DNA from: Armatimonadota bacterium | GTDB taxonomy: Bacteria; Armatimonadota; SYMT01 | Direction: 5' to 3' | Assembly: GCA_041690135.1 (NCBI GenBank) | Contig: JAWLHY010000006.1 | Span: 230,337-294,336, forward strand | DNA: 64,000 bases | Part shown: positions 46,834 through 56,238 of the stretch, one piece after another | Position numbering within the stretch: the stretch's first letter is position 1 | How the letters are laid out: each line of letters begins with the position of its first letter | Notes under the pieces: model-generated | What the model was told of the DNA's origin: nothing | The model's input: the letters and a program-made list of their open reading frames with translations, nothing else | Database searches by the model: none | Made by a program: the position numbers and the translations under genes

Positions 46834-48621
46834 CTAGCCGAGTGCCTGCTCGCGGTGGGTTTCGACCTCCCGGGCCGCCACCTTCAGGAGCACCGGGATG
46901 GCGATCACGTTCGCCACGGCATAGAGCATGGGCAGCCCCAGGATGATTTCCTCGGGTCGCGCCAGGTTTTTGGCAAAAGCCCAGAGCAACAAGAGCGGCT
47001 CCGCCAGCACGATCGCTCCGACCGCACCCTGCGTGGTGAATAGATCGCGCCACCGGGTCATGGTACGTAGGGAAGCGGAGCAGCCGACGGCAATGACGAA
47101 CGCCAGGCTCAGGAACCACGCACCGAGGGCGAGACTGAGCCCGTAGTCGTCTCCTTCCGTCGCGATGAGCAGGAAGAAGTAGAAACTGGCGATCCACGGC
47201 ACCGACGTGAGCAGGCCCTCGATCAGCGCCGCCGCGAGCCGGCCGCGAATGATCTCGCGTCCGGCCAGGGGGGTGAGGAGGAGCTGACTGACCGTGTTCA
47301 TCCGGCGCTCGCTGCCCCACTGCGCGGCGGCACGGGAGCCGATCCGAATCGCCGTGACAAAGGCTACCCAGCCCAGGATAGAGCACATCATCCCGGCGAA
47401 GGCCGCCACCAAGAGGCCGCCACCCCGAGGCACGCCCCACGGCCCGGCGACCAGCAGCGCCATCATCGCGAGGCCGATGAGCACGATTCCCAGGCACTGA
47501 CCCAGGAAGGTCCAGAGGAGGCCGCTCCCCCGCAGCGCGACTCGGAGGTCGCGGATGAGGACCGGGTTATCCCAGCGGCGCTGGAGGGATAGAATCTCTC
47601 CCGCGGTGCGCGCTCCTTCTTTGCGGGGCTTGACCTTTCGATCCTTTCCTGGCTGTTGGGCCTGCCGCTCCTGCCCGCCCTGACGATAAAGCCGCAGCAC
47701 CTGCACGAGGGGAAAGCCGATGACCATGACCTTCCAGATCCACCAACTCCCCACCCAGGTAAGCCCCAGCAGGATCAGGTACCCTACCGTAACGGTGGTC
47801 ACTTGCATACCCGTCCGCAAACGCCGTGCGAGCGGGCTTGCCGGGTTTGCCCAGGTCCAGGCAGCCGCCAGCGCGTACGCCAGGAACAGCGCCAGCAGCA
47901 AACCCACGATCTGATCCTGTCGCAGCCAGATCGCGGCAAAGAGCCGCCTGGGGAACAACCCAAGCGGCTTGCCTGCCGCGGCATCAACGATCCATCGGCC
48001 GCCAATGGATAGCAGCATCCAGCCGATCCCCATGGGCAGCACGCGGTGAATGCTCGTCTCGAGGCGCTCCGTCAGTGGACGCGTGCGCTCATTCACCGGC
48101 GGCGCCCCGATCCGCTCAGGCGCGATCACCAGAGCCGCTGCAAACGCCAGCAGTCCAATGCACGCCGAGAGGATGAGGCCGGGCCAGAGGTCGCGCGGGA
48201 GGAACTCCCCGCGCATCACCAGGGCGAAGTAGCCGGGGAGGGCCGCCGCCCAGATAAGCGCAAGCGCATAGACTGGGAAGGCCAGCTTCTGCAGAACCCA
48301 CCACCAGGGGGACACCGAAATGAGACGCAGGCTTTCCAGAGTTTTCTGCCGGTACTCTGCTCCGAACACGCGCACCCCAAGCAGCCATCCCGCGGTAGCG
48401 CACACGCCCCCATGGGTGAGGCCCACCGCGACCAGAACCATCGCCCTCAGGAACGTCTCCATCATCCGATTTTCCGTTTCGGAAAACCGCTCCCCGAGCC
48501 AGAGGGGAAACAAGGGAAAAAGCGCGCCCGCAAGAAGTAGCCACGCCAGAGGTGACCAGGCCTTCCGAGAATAGGCGCGTACTTCACGAACGAAAAACGG
48601 GTTCTCCACTCCGAACATCAT
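46834..48621 (-). CDS. Membrane protein with two ABC-2 permease-like halves
   Basis: NPFFVREVR...EYRQKTLESLRL and NPVLIRDLR...ERRMNTVSQLLLTPL. Start uncertain (48618-48693). Confidence 0.75.
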   Translation of the reverse strand: MMFGVENPFFVREVRAYSRKAWSPLAWLLLAGALFPLFPLWLGERFSETENRMMETFLRAMVLVAVGLTHGGVCATAGWLLGVRVFGAEYRQKTLESLRLISVSPWWWVLQKLAFPVYALALIWAAALPGYFALVMRGEFLPRDLWPGLILSACIGLLAFAAALVIAPERIGAPPVNERTRPLTERLETSIHRVLPMGIGWMLLSIGGRWIVDAAAGKPLGLFPRRLFAAIWLRQDQIVGLLLALFLAYALAAAWTWANPASPLARRLRTGMQVTTVTVGYLILLGLTWVGSWWIWKVMVIGFPLVQVLRLYRQGGQERQAQQPGKDRKVKPRKEGARTAGEILSLQRRWDNPVLIRDLRVALRGSGLLWTFLGQCLGIVLIGLAMMALLVAGPWGVPRGGGLLVAAFAGMMCSILGWVAFVTAIRIGSRAAAQWGSERRMNTVSQLLLTPLAGREIIRGRLAAALIEGLLTSVPWIASFYFFLLIATEGDDYGLSLALGAWFLSLAFVIAVGCSASLRTMTRWRDLFTTQGAVGAIVLAEPLLLLWAFAKNLARPEEIILGLPMLYAVANVIAIPVLLKVAAREVETHREQALG

Positions 48622-49217
48622 CCCCTCAGGCCCACCGGCGCTCGACGCCCGGTCTCCACGTTCAACCACAACCCCATGTGCCGGCCCATCCACCGCGCCC
48701 TGCTACCCGATAGCCCGGTACGACCCAGCCCGCGGGAGGCCCAGGTACGTCTCCATCCATCCAACGTAGAACCACCGGTGACAAGTTACGCCCGAGCCTC
48801 ACCGTCCCTGAGGAAAGTGCCGTACCCTGGAGTTCGCGATAGGCCTCCCAAAGTACTGCATCCGAGATGCGCAACCTGCCCAGGGAACATTCCGTTTGTA
48901 ATACCGGTAAGATGAGTATGTAAGGATATGGCAACGGCCCGGCAACCGCCGTGGGCTCAACCCTTTCCAGATCCAAAATCAGGTGCCGAGCTCCGCGGCA
49001 GCGGAGGCGGGGGACCCGTGGTAGTTGGGGCATATTCCGGAACACCCGGAACGAGGACTCTTCCCCTCGCGCCCGTCAGCTAACCTCGTAGGCACGGCGC
49101 GAAGAGTCACCTACACCTAACGACTTCCCATGCCGGAACGTCGTCCTGTTTTTGGCACTCCTCCCGCCGTTCCTCCCTCGCATCTTCTCCTGCCGCGCGA
49201 GCCGGCGGGAGTGAACG

Positions 49218-50246
49218 ATGTCAAGCACGCAATTCCGCGGACCCCGGCCGGCTAAGTGGCAAGGCTGGGCCGCATTCTGTTCCATTACCTTGCTCGCCGG
49301 TGGCGCCACCCACTCGCTCTGGTTGCCGCGAATCACCATGGCGGGCGACAGTCTTCGCGAGACGCCGAAGCCCGCTGCCCAAAGACCCGCTGCCAAAGAC
49401 AAGAGCCAGGCCACCGACAGGACCCGGGTGAGCGGCAAGTCAAAAGCCGGGGCCACGAAGTCACCGAAGAAAACCGCGAAGACGGCTAAGAAAGCTGCGA
49501 CCTCACCGGTGGCCTACCGGAAGATCATCGTCCGCGGGGTACCGATGCACGTGGTTCAGGTGGACCCTCGCAATCCCAATGTCCGGCTCGGAGTGGTCAC
49601 ACCGAAGTACGGAATTGGGGCCCGGGAGTCGTGGTCGGACCTCGTCGACCGTGCGCGGCCGGCAGCGGCCATCACCGGCACGTACTTTTGCACTTCGTCC
49701 GGCATTCCGGTCGGAAGTATCATCGCCGCGGGCAGAACGGTCCATCGCGGTGGAATCGGCACCGCCTTCACCTTCAGCCCGGCGAAGGGGGCGCAAGTCG
49801 TTACCTGCCTCCCTAACCGCGGCTATGACTGGAAGGGGGCCGACACGGTGCTGCGCGCCGGACCCCGCCTGTTGACCGCCGGCCAGCGCACCCTATGGCC
49901 CGAAGCCGAAGGGTTCAAGGACCCGGCCGTCTATCAGCGCAAGCGCCGCACGGCCGTGGCTGTGACGAAGCACGGAAAGCTTCTGTTGGTGGCCGTGAAC
50001 AAGCCGGTGCTGCTGCGGACCCTGGCCGATTCCCTGCGGGATCTCGGAGCGGTGGACGCTATGTGTCTCGACGGCGGTGGATCGACCGGTCTCTACACCC
50101 GCGGCAAAACCCAAATCAAGCCGGATCGTCCTCTCACCAACCTGCTTGTCGTTTACGACTCGCCAGCGCGCTACGCACAGCAGGTGGGGCGCCTCAACCC
50201 GACCGATACGCAGATCGTGCGGCTGGAGGCGAGCCCGAGTGGTTAG
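49218..50246 (+). CDS. Phosphodiester glycosidase (NAGPA-like) family protein
   Basis: AAITGTYF, AGPRLL, RRTAVAV, AMCLDGGGST. N-terminal hydrophobic segment and Lys/Ala-rich linker. Confidence 0.88.
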   Translation: MSSTQFRGPRPAKWQGWAAFCSITLLAGGATHSLWLPRITMAGDSLRETPKPAAQRPAAKDKSQATDRTRVSGKSKAGATKSPKKTAKTAKKAATSPVAYRKIIVRGVPMHVVQVDPRNPNVRLGVVTPKYGIGARESWSDLVDRARPAAAITGTYFCTSSGIPVGSIIAAGRTVHRGGIGTAFTFSPAKGAQVVTCLPNRGYDWKGADTVLRAGPRLLTAGQRTLWPEAEGFKDPAVYQRKRRTAVAVTKHGKLLLVAVNKPVLLRTLADSLRDLGAVDAMCLDGGGSTGLYTRGKTQIKPDRPLTNLLVVYDSPARYAQQVGRLNPTDTQIVRLEASPSG

Positions 50247-50343
50247 GGGTTTCGGGGTGCGAGTTGGGAGTCCGGACGAAGTCCGGTTCTCCCTCGCGAC
50301 CGCCGGATCCGAACCCCGGACTGGCACCCGGACTCCCAACTCG
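50244..50343. repeat. Palindromic element with loose heptamer periodicity
   Basis: 16-bp perfect inverted repeat CGAGTTGGGAGTCCGG (50260-50275) and CCGGACTCCCAACTCG (50328-50343). Confidence 0.7.
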
Positions 50344-50530
50344 GGCGCGGAGAGGCTGGTAACCACAGGCCGACGCCACGTGGCGTTGCGGCAGCTCTGC
50401 GACCCGGACGCTCACACAGCAATACAACTGTGCCCTAAGACCGACCGTTGGTCAGTTTAGGTGCGAGGGCAAGAATCTGATGGCGCAAGCGACCTGACCC
50501 TTTGGTCGCTGAACAATGAACCGAAACGGC

Positions 50531-50585
50531 TCCGGTTGCCAACTTCCTTCCTGGCCTCTCGGCAGGTAAGACGTTGGCAACCGGA
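50531..50585 (-). other. Long 3' stem-loop downstream of the selenoprotein gene
   Basis: 13-bp perfect stem (50531-50543 and 50573-50585) enclosing CCUG/CAGG and a GAGA tetraloop on the minus strand. Confidence 0.7.
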
Positions 50586-50606
50586 ACTTGAGTGCCAGGG
50601 GACCCC

Positions 50607-52100
50607 TCAGGGCTTTTCCGCCAGGAGAGCCTTAACCTGGTCGAGCACGCCCTGCTCGTTGAAGCCGGCTTCCAGGTAGCGCAGCACGCCTTTCCGGTCG
50701 ATGACTGCGACCGTGGGGAAAGCCTGCACCTGGTAAGCCTGGGAGGCCACATCGTCCAGGTCCATCATGACCGGATAGGTCACCCCGTGCTTGTCCACGA
50801 ACTCGCGGGCCATGCGCATCGGATCGGAGCGCTCACCGGCGTTGACGCCGAACACCATCAAACCCTGCTCGCGATACTTGTTCCAGATCTCTTTTTCCAT
50901 ACGCGGAGCCTCCGCGTTGCAGGGTCCTCACCAGGAGGCGAACCAGTTCAGCAGCACCACCTTACCGCGGTGCTCTGAAAGCTTCGCCTCTTTTCCATCG
51001 AGAGTTTTGAGCTGGACCTCCGGCGCGGGCTTGCCGACCGAAGCGAAGCGCGCGGCCTGCTTTTCGTGCAGGGCCTTCACTTCCGCCAGGGTGAGTTCCC
51101 GATCCCCCTGTTTGTAACGGACCGGAGGATCGAATCGCCCGTCCGCCACCAGGGTGCCCGCGGGGAAATCGACCGTCAACTCTTCCGGGCGGACCGGGAC
51201 GTTGATCTGCGAGCCTTCGATCTTGTAGGTGGAGAGCATGCCCCGGTTCAGGGCCCCGGTGATGTAGATGAGGTGTTCGACGCTCTTCAGGGCAAGGCCG
51301 CTCTTGGTGACCTCGTGCGTGATCTTCAGCTCCTGCCCTCGCGCCACCGGGCCCTGGGGCGTAACGGTATCGCCCGCCATCATCAGCTTCTCCAGGGCAT
51401 AGCGCGGCGCGGTCCGGAGAATCGCGGTCACCCGGTCTTCACCCCGCGTTCCGCTGAGGGTCATCAGACCCTTCGAAGGCTTGGCCGAGGACCAGGTGAT
51501 CCCTTCGAGCAGGTCGGCACCCCGCATCACCAGCAAACGGTCCGGCGCTGTCTGGTCCGGTTGCGGGCCTACCTGGCCCACGCGCTCCAGCTTTTCGGCA
51601 CGGCCAGTCTCCTGGAGCACCCGGCCCAGGTCCTTCGCCACACCGACGAGGTAGTGGGCTTGGGTGTCCCCCTGGGCATCCATCACCGTGACATCACGCT
51701 TCCAATCGTCACCGGAAAAGAGGAGGTATTCGCGCCGCTGGGTACCGACCGGTGCCTTCGCAATGGCCGATCGCACAGTCGCACGCTGGGTGCCCTCCGG
51801 CAGATCGACCTGGCGTTGTGCCACGTGCAGCGAGATGCGACCGCTCTTGACCCGAGCCTCATCCTTCTTGAGTTGAGCTACGGCCTTTTCCGCAAGAGCA
51901 GATCCCTTGGGCGAATTGGCCGATTTAGGCGCCGCGGGCCTGGCGGGCGGTTTGGCAGCGGTTGCCCTGGTGGCGGCAGACTTTTTGGCCGCGGGAGGGG
52001 CCAGGGTAGCCGACACCGGCTGGCACCCCACGCTGGCGGCCGTGATTCCGGCCGCGGCCACCGCTCCGAGAGCACAGCGGATCCGGGTCTTCTCGTTCAT
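50607..52100 (-). CDS. Selenocysteine-containing TlpA/redoxin lipoprotein (497 aa, Sec391, motif WUGPC) with an N-terminal LolA-like beta domain
   Basis: In-frame TGA at 50928-50930 in GKVVLLNWFASW*GPCNAEAP. The frame continues through VFGVN and AFPTVAVIDRKG to the stop at 50607. Lipobox SVGC. Confidence 0.92.
50898..50919 (-). promoter_or_regulatory. Bacterial SECIS-like hairpin
   Basis: ACGCGGA-GGC-UCCGCGU: a 7-bp perfect stem from nt 11 after the UGA, with a loop G at nt 18. Confidence 0.8.
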
Positions 52101-53527
52101 TGCATCTCCTTATCGAGGAGGCCCCACGCGGCGGCCAGTGCGGCGGCCTGGACCTTCTTGACCGGCGCCCCGGTCGCAGCCGAACATTTACGGCAATCCT
52201 CGTATTCGGGGGTTGCGGTGCGGATCTCACCATCCTGCCGCGCAACCTTCACCCTGACTTCTCCATACGGTGTTTCCACCGCAAGCCATTCCCGTGGGAG
52301 GCAATCCCGGCTCCAGCTCGAATACCGCACCCCAAATGTTGTGGTCTCCTGGAATAGAACCCGGGTGAGTACTTCGCGTTTCGCCGGATCACACAGCACA
52401 CTCAGGGTAAGGGCCGGCCGGTTCTTCTTCATCTGGATCGGCGTCCACCACACGTCCAGCGCCCCGGCGGCGAAAAGCCCCTCCATCACCGGCTCGAACA
52501 ACTGCGGGGACTGATCGTCGATATTCGCCTCGATCAACGTGACCTGCGTGGGCTCGGACTCTACCTCGGCCAGCTCCCCGATCACCACCCGGAGCAGGTT
52601 GGGGAACGGAAAGTTTTTCATCCCTGCCCCGTACCCGATTTCGTGTACGGTGAGCGGCGGCAGGTCCCCGAACTCTGGGGACAACGTACTGGCGAGGGCA
52701 GCCCCGGTGGGGGTGACCAGCTCTCCTTCCACGTCCACGTGGCGTAGGGGGCAGCCTTTGAGTAACTCCATGGTGGCCGGGGGCGGCACCGGCATCATTC
52801 CGTGCGCGCACCTCACGAAGCCATGCCCCGTCGGCAACGGTGAGCACACCACGCGCTCCACTCTTAGCAGGTGCAATGCATAGACGGAGCCCACCACATC
52901 CACAATGCTGTCTACAGCGCCCACTTCGTGGAAATGAACTGCCTCCAGGGTGGACCCGTGGACGGCCGCTTCGGCCTCCGCCAACCGTCGATAGACCCGT
53001 TCGGCATCCCGCTTCACCCCCTCCGGTAACCCACTCGCACGGATCAGGGCCGCTACCTCAGTGAAGGTGCGGGTGCCGGCGTGAGCATTGGGCATTGGGC
53101 ACTCAGACGTTGGGCGATCAGGCGTTGGGGACTGGGGATCGTGATCGTGATCGTGATCGTGATCGGCTTCCCTTCTCTCCTCGCCGTGAGAATGGCTATG
53201 GCCGTGGGAATGCTGCGTGTGCTCGTGGGTGTGGTGCGAGTGTTCGTGGGTGTGGGTGTGGCCGGAGGGTTCTGGGAGGGGGGCGTCGGTGGGTGGGAGG
53301 CGCAGGAGGGGCGCGGAGCCGGCGACCTCGCCGTGGACCAGGACCTCCACATGCGTCGCGGCAATGCCGGATTTCCAGGCGCGCCTGACTTCGAGGTCCC
53401 AGCCGGGCAGGTCGAGGGTGTGCAGGCCTTCCACCAACAACCCCGCATCCACCCCCGCGTCCAGCAGGGCACCCAGCATCATGTCGCCGCTGATTCCACC
53501 GATGCAATCCAGGTAGGCTACTCGCAT
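52097..53527 (-). CDS. larC: Nickel-pincer cofactor biosynthesis protein LarC (single unsplit ORF)
   Basis: GISGDMMLGALLD, His-rich linker, HFHEVGAVDSIVD, GELVTPTGAA, EANIDD, MKKNRP, ETTTFGVR, PEYED. Confidence 0.96.
   Translation of the reverse strand: MRVAYLDCIGGISGDMMLGALLDAGVDAGLLVEGLHTLDLPGWDLEVRRAWKSGIAATHVEVLVHGEVAGSAPLLRLPPTDAPLPEPSGHTHTHEHSHHTHEHTQHSHGHSHSHGEERREADHDHDHDHDPQSPTPDRPTSECPMPNAHAGTRTFTEVAALIRASGLPEGVKRDAERVYRRLAEAEAAVHGSTLEAVHFHEVGAVDSIVDVVGSVYALHLLRVERVVCSPLPTGHGFVRCAHGMMPVPPPATMELLKGCPLRHVDVEGELVTPTGAALASTLSPEFGDLPPLTVHEIGYGAGMKNFPFPNLLRVVIGELAEVESEPTQVTLIEANIDDQSPQLFEPVMEGLFAAGALDVWWTPIQMKKNRPALTLSVLCDPAKREVLTRVLFQETTTFGVRYSSWSRDCLPREWLAVETPYGEVRVKVARQDGEIRTATPEYEDCRKCSAATGAPVKKVQAAALAAAWGLLDKEMQ
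53082..53165. repeat. Heptamer-like (TGGGCAT-type) and hexamer (GATCGT) tandem repeats inside larC
   Basis: tgagcat-tgggcat-tgggcac...ttgggga-ctgggga followed by gatcgt x4. Encodes DHDHDHDHDPQSPTPDRPTSECPMPNAH. Confidence 0.7.
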
Positions 53528-53528
53528 A

Positions 53529-54278
53529 TTAATCCCGGCAGATGAGGTGCGCCACGTACCCGGCGCCGAAGCCGTTGTCGATGTTGACGACCACTACCCC
53601 CGTCGCGCACGAATTGAGCATGCCCAGAAGCGCGGCCACTCCCTGGAAGCTGGCGCCGTAGCCCACGCTGGTGGGGACGGCGATCACCGGCACTTCCACG
53701 AGGCCACCAACCACGCTGGGCAGAGCGCCCTCCATTCCGGCGACAACCACCAGGGCCTTCGCTTTGACCAGGGCATCCCGTGCGGCGAGAATCCGATGGA
53801 GACCGGCCACTCCGCAGTCGTACAACCGCTCCACCCGACTCCCTAACGCTTCCGCAGTAACAGCGGCTTCCTCCGCCACCGGTTGGTCGGAGGTCCCCGC
53901 GCTCACCACGAGAACATGGGGAGCATCCGCGGGTGGTTCCGGACGAGGCTCCGCTCGCAACTCCACGATCCGTGCGGGGGAATGCAAAACGGCTTCCGGA
54001 AAGATCTCCGCAACTGCGGCAAACTGTTCCGGGGAGATGCGCGTACCCAGGACGAACCCGTGCCGCTCGTAGAGCCGTGCCGCGATGGCGACCACCTGGT
54101 CCGCCGTCTTGCCGGCGCAGTAGATCACCTCGGGCACGCCCTTGCGGAGGTGGCGGTGCGTGTCCACACGCGCGAAACCCAGGTCTTCGTAGGGCGCCCA
54201 CTTGAGCGCTGCCACCGCATCTTCGATGGTGAGGATGCCGGACTGGACGCCGGCCAGGATCTCTCGAATGTTGTCCAC
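53529..54278 (-). CDS. larB: Nickel-pincer cofactor biosynthesis protein LarB
   Basis: [58 protein letters not shown]. Confidence 0.96.
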   Translation of the reverse strand: MDNIREILAGVQSGILTIEDAVAALKWAPYEDLGFARVDTHRHLRKGVPEVIYCAGKTADQVVAIAARLYERHGFVLGTRISPEQFAAVAEIFPEAVLHSPARIVELRAEPRPEPPADAPHVLVVSAGTSDQPVAEEAAVTAEALGSRVERLYDCGVAGLHRILAARDALVKAKALVVVAGMEGALPSVVGGLVEVPVIAVPTSVGYGASFQGVAALLGMLNSCATGVVVVNIDNGFGAGYVAHLICRD

Positions 54279-54512
54279 GCTCGCTTTTGCCTCGAACCAA
54301 GTTCACGGGGTTGGGATTAGAATCTGCCCGCGGAACACACGGAAGAACGCGGAGAAAGAAAGAAGAAGGCGGAAGAAAACTCCGCGAAACGCCTTCTCCC
54401 GTGATGCTTCGGCTTTTCCAGTGAGTCGCGTCTTTGCTGGTGCTGGTTAGCCAATCTCTCTTCAGTTTACCACTGCGGTGGACGGGGCGCATGGGCGGAA
54501 AGGAGAGGCCGG

Positions 54513-54535
54513 AAAAGGCGGGCAAGATGACCGCC
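54513..54535. repeat. REP-like GGCGGGCAAGATG-CCGCC palindrome, imperfect copy
   Basis: aaaaggcgggcaagatgaccgcc, nearly identical to the copy at 54700-54729. Confidence 0.55.
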
Positions 54536-54699
54536 CCACGGGGCGGCTACCGTCGTGCAGGACAGGGCCGGTGGGCAGGTCCGTTTTCAGATTTTTCTGC
54601 CGCGGTGCAGTCCGAGAGCGTCGGCAAGGTCCTGGTCGGCGACAGCGAGCCGACCCTACCGGTGCGCAGTCCAGGTGCGGAGGCAGAGGCGTGGATGTG

Positions 54700-54729
54700 A
54701 AAAAAGGGCGGGCAAGATGCCCGCCCTTT
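54700..54729 (-). terminator. Intrinsic terminator ending the pyr-car gene run (REP-like core)
   Basis: Minus strand AAAGGGCGGGCA-TCT-TGCCCGCCC followed by TTTTTT. Confidence 0.8.
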
Positions 54730-54785
54730 AGTGCGTCCTGATTGCGAGAGGGCACAGGCCCCCCCTTTTCTTGAGCCACGGTGGG

Positions 54786-55853
54786 TTATCCCAGCTTGAG
54801 CGGCTGGCCGCGGCGAGCGCTTTCGTAGACCGCGGTCATGATCTCGATGGTGTGCCGGGTCGTTTCGATGCTGTTGGCCGGCTCCTCGCCGCGCCGGATC
54901 GCCGCGGCAAACCCCTCGAACTGCTTCAGGTGGCCGCGGGTGGCGAAAGCGAACGGGTCGGAGGCAATGGTGGCATCGCGCGGGCCCTTGGGGCCGAAGC
55001 GGGCCAGCATCGCCGCTTCCTCTTCCTTCTCCGCCTCACGGCTCTCGCCGGCAATCGTCCAGGCGGTCAACTCGTCGTCTTCGACCGTGATGCTGCCTTT
55101 GGAGCCGTGGATCAGGAGGGTCCGGCTGAGGCCCGGGTAGGCCGCCGTCGTCGTGGTCATCGTGCCCAGGGCACCATTCGCGAAGGTCAGCACCGCGACC
55201 GTCTTGTCCTCGGATTCGATGTTGTGGGCAAACACGCCGTACTTGCCGTAGACCTCGACCACGGGGCCGCCCAGCCACTGGACGATGTCGAGCGTGTGGA
55301 TTCCCTGGTTGGCCAGCGATCCGCCACCGTCCAGCTTCCAGGTGCCCTTCCAGCCGCCTGGAGGTCCGTAGTATTCATCGGAGCGCCACCAGTTGACCTC
55401 GCCATGTACACCGACCAGCCGGCCGAGGCGACCGCTCTCGATCGTCTTCCGGATCTCCTGGTAGAGGGGCTCGAAGCGGGACTGGAAGATCACCATCAAG
55501 TGCTTCCCGGCCTCCTGCTTCGCCGCGATCATCCGGTCCACGGCTTCCAGGGTGACATCCGGCGGCTTCTCGCAGATGACATGTTTGCCGGACTGGAGCG
55601 CCTTCACGCTGAGGTCGGCGTGCGTGCCGGAAGGAGTGCAGATGTTCACGACATCCACGTCGGCATCGTTCAGGAAGTCGTCGTAGGAGGTGTAGGCGCG
55701 GACGCCGAACTCCTGGCGGTTCTGTTCCAGGCGTGGCTCGTTGGCGTCGCAGATGGCCGCCAACTCACAGCCTGCGGCATCGACCAGGTCGCGGCAGTGC
55801 TGCACGCCCATTCCGAGGCCTACGACTCCAAATCGGAGGGGTTTATCACTCAT
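54786..55853 (-). CDS. Gfo/Idh/MocA family oxidoreductase
   Basis: GVVGLGMG, HVICEKPP, DGGGSLANQGIHTLD. Confidence 0.93.
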   Translation of the reverse strand: MSDKPLRFGVVGLGMGVQHCRDLVDAAGCELAAICDANEPRLEQNRQEFGVRAYTSYDDFLNDADVDVVNICTPSGTHADLSVKALQSGKHVICEKPPDVTLEAVDRMIAAKQEAGKHLMVIFQSRFEPLYQEIRKTIESGRLGRLVGVHGEVNWWRSDEYYGPPGGWKGTWKLDGGGSLANQGIHTLDIVQWLGGPVVEVYGKYGVFAHNIESEDKTVAVLTFANGALGTMTTTTAAYPGLSRTLLIHGSKGSITVEDDELTAWTIAGESREAEKEEEAAMLARFGPKGPRDATIASDPFAFATRGHLKQFEGFAAAIRRGEEPANSIETTRHTIEIMTAVYESARRGQPLKLG

Positions 55854-56238
55854 GGGTGTTCTCGTTCTTTTGTGGGCCGTCAAACCCAGCATCACCTTGT
55901 TCTACGAGGGCAACGTGGGCTTCCAACATTGAGATTAGCGCGGGAAGATCTAATTCCAGCGTGTCCCACACTCTCTCGGGATCTATATCCCAATAAGCAT
56001 GCACCAATCGGTTCCGCATACCGATGACACTTCTCCAGGGAATGTTGGGATACTCCGCCTTCGCTTCCTCCGAAAGCCGGGTGGCAGCCTCGCCAATTAT
56101 CTCAATACACCGGACAACGGCAAGCGCGAACATCCGATCATGCTCTAGATCGTCCCGCGTTCGTGTACTGGCGAAGCCGACTGCCTCGCGAGCGGCCTCC
56201 ACCATGTGGCGAACACGATTCTGGTCTTCACGCCGCAT
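55846..56238 (-). CDS. HepT-like HEPN RNase toxin (DUF86)
   Basis: IEIIGEA, IPWRSVIGMRNRLVHAYWDID (R-X4-H-X-Y motif). Confidence 0.92.
   Translation of the reverse strand: MRREDQNRVRHMVEAAREAVGFASTRTRDDLEHDRMFALAVVRCIEIIGEAATRLSEEAKAEYPNIPWRSVIGMRNRLVHAYWDIDPERVWDTLELDLPALISMLEAHVALVEQGDAGFDGPQKNENTHE

Noticed and set aside
48625-49045. 127-aa ORF ending WGCG-TGA as a second selenoprotein
   Set aside because: No recognisable fold or redox motif, only 12 further codons after the TGA, no convincing SECIS, and the ORF itself is doubtful.
50607-50900. Stand-alone 97-aa redoxin fragment
   Set aside because: It is the C-terminal part of the UGA-recoded gene 50607-52100 and lacks the active site alone.
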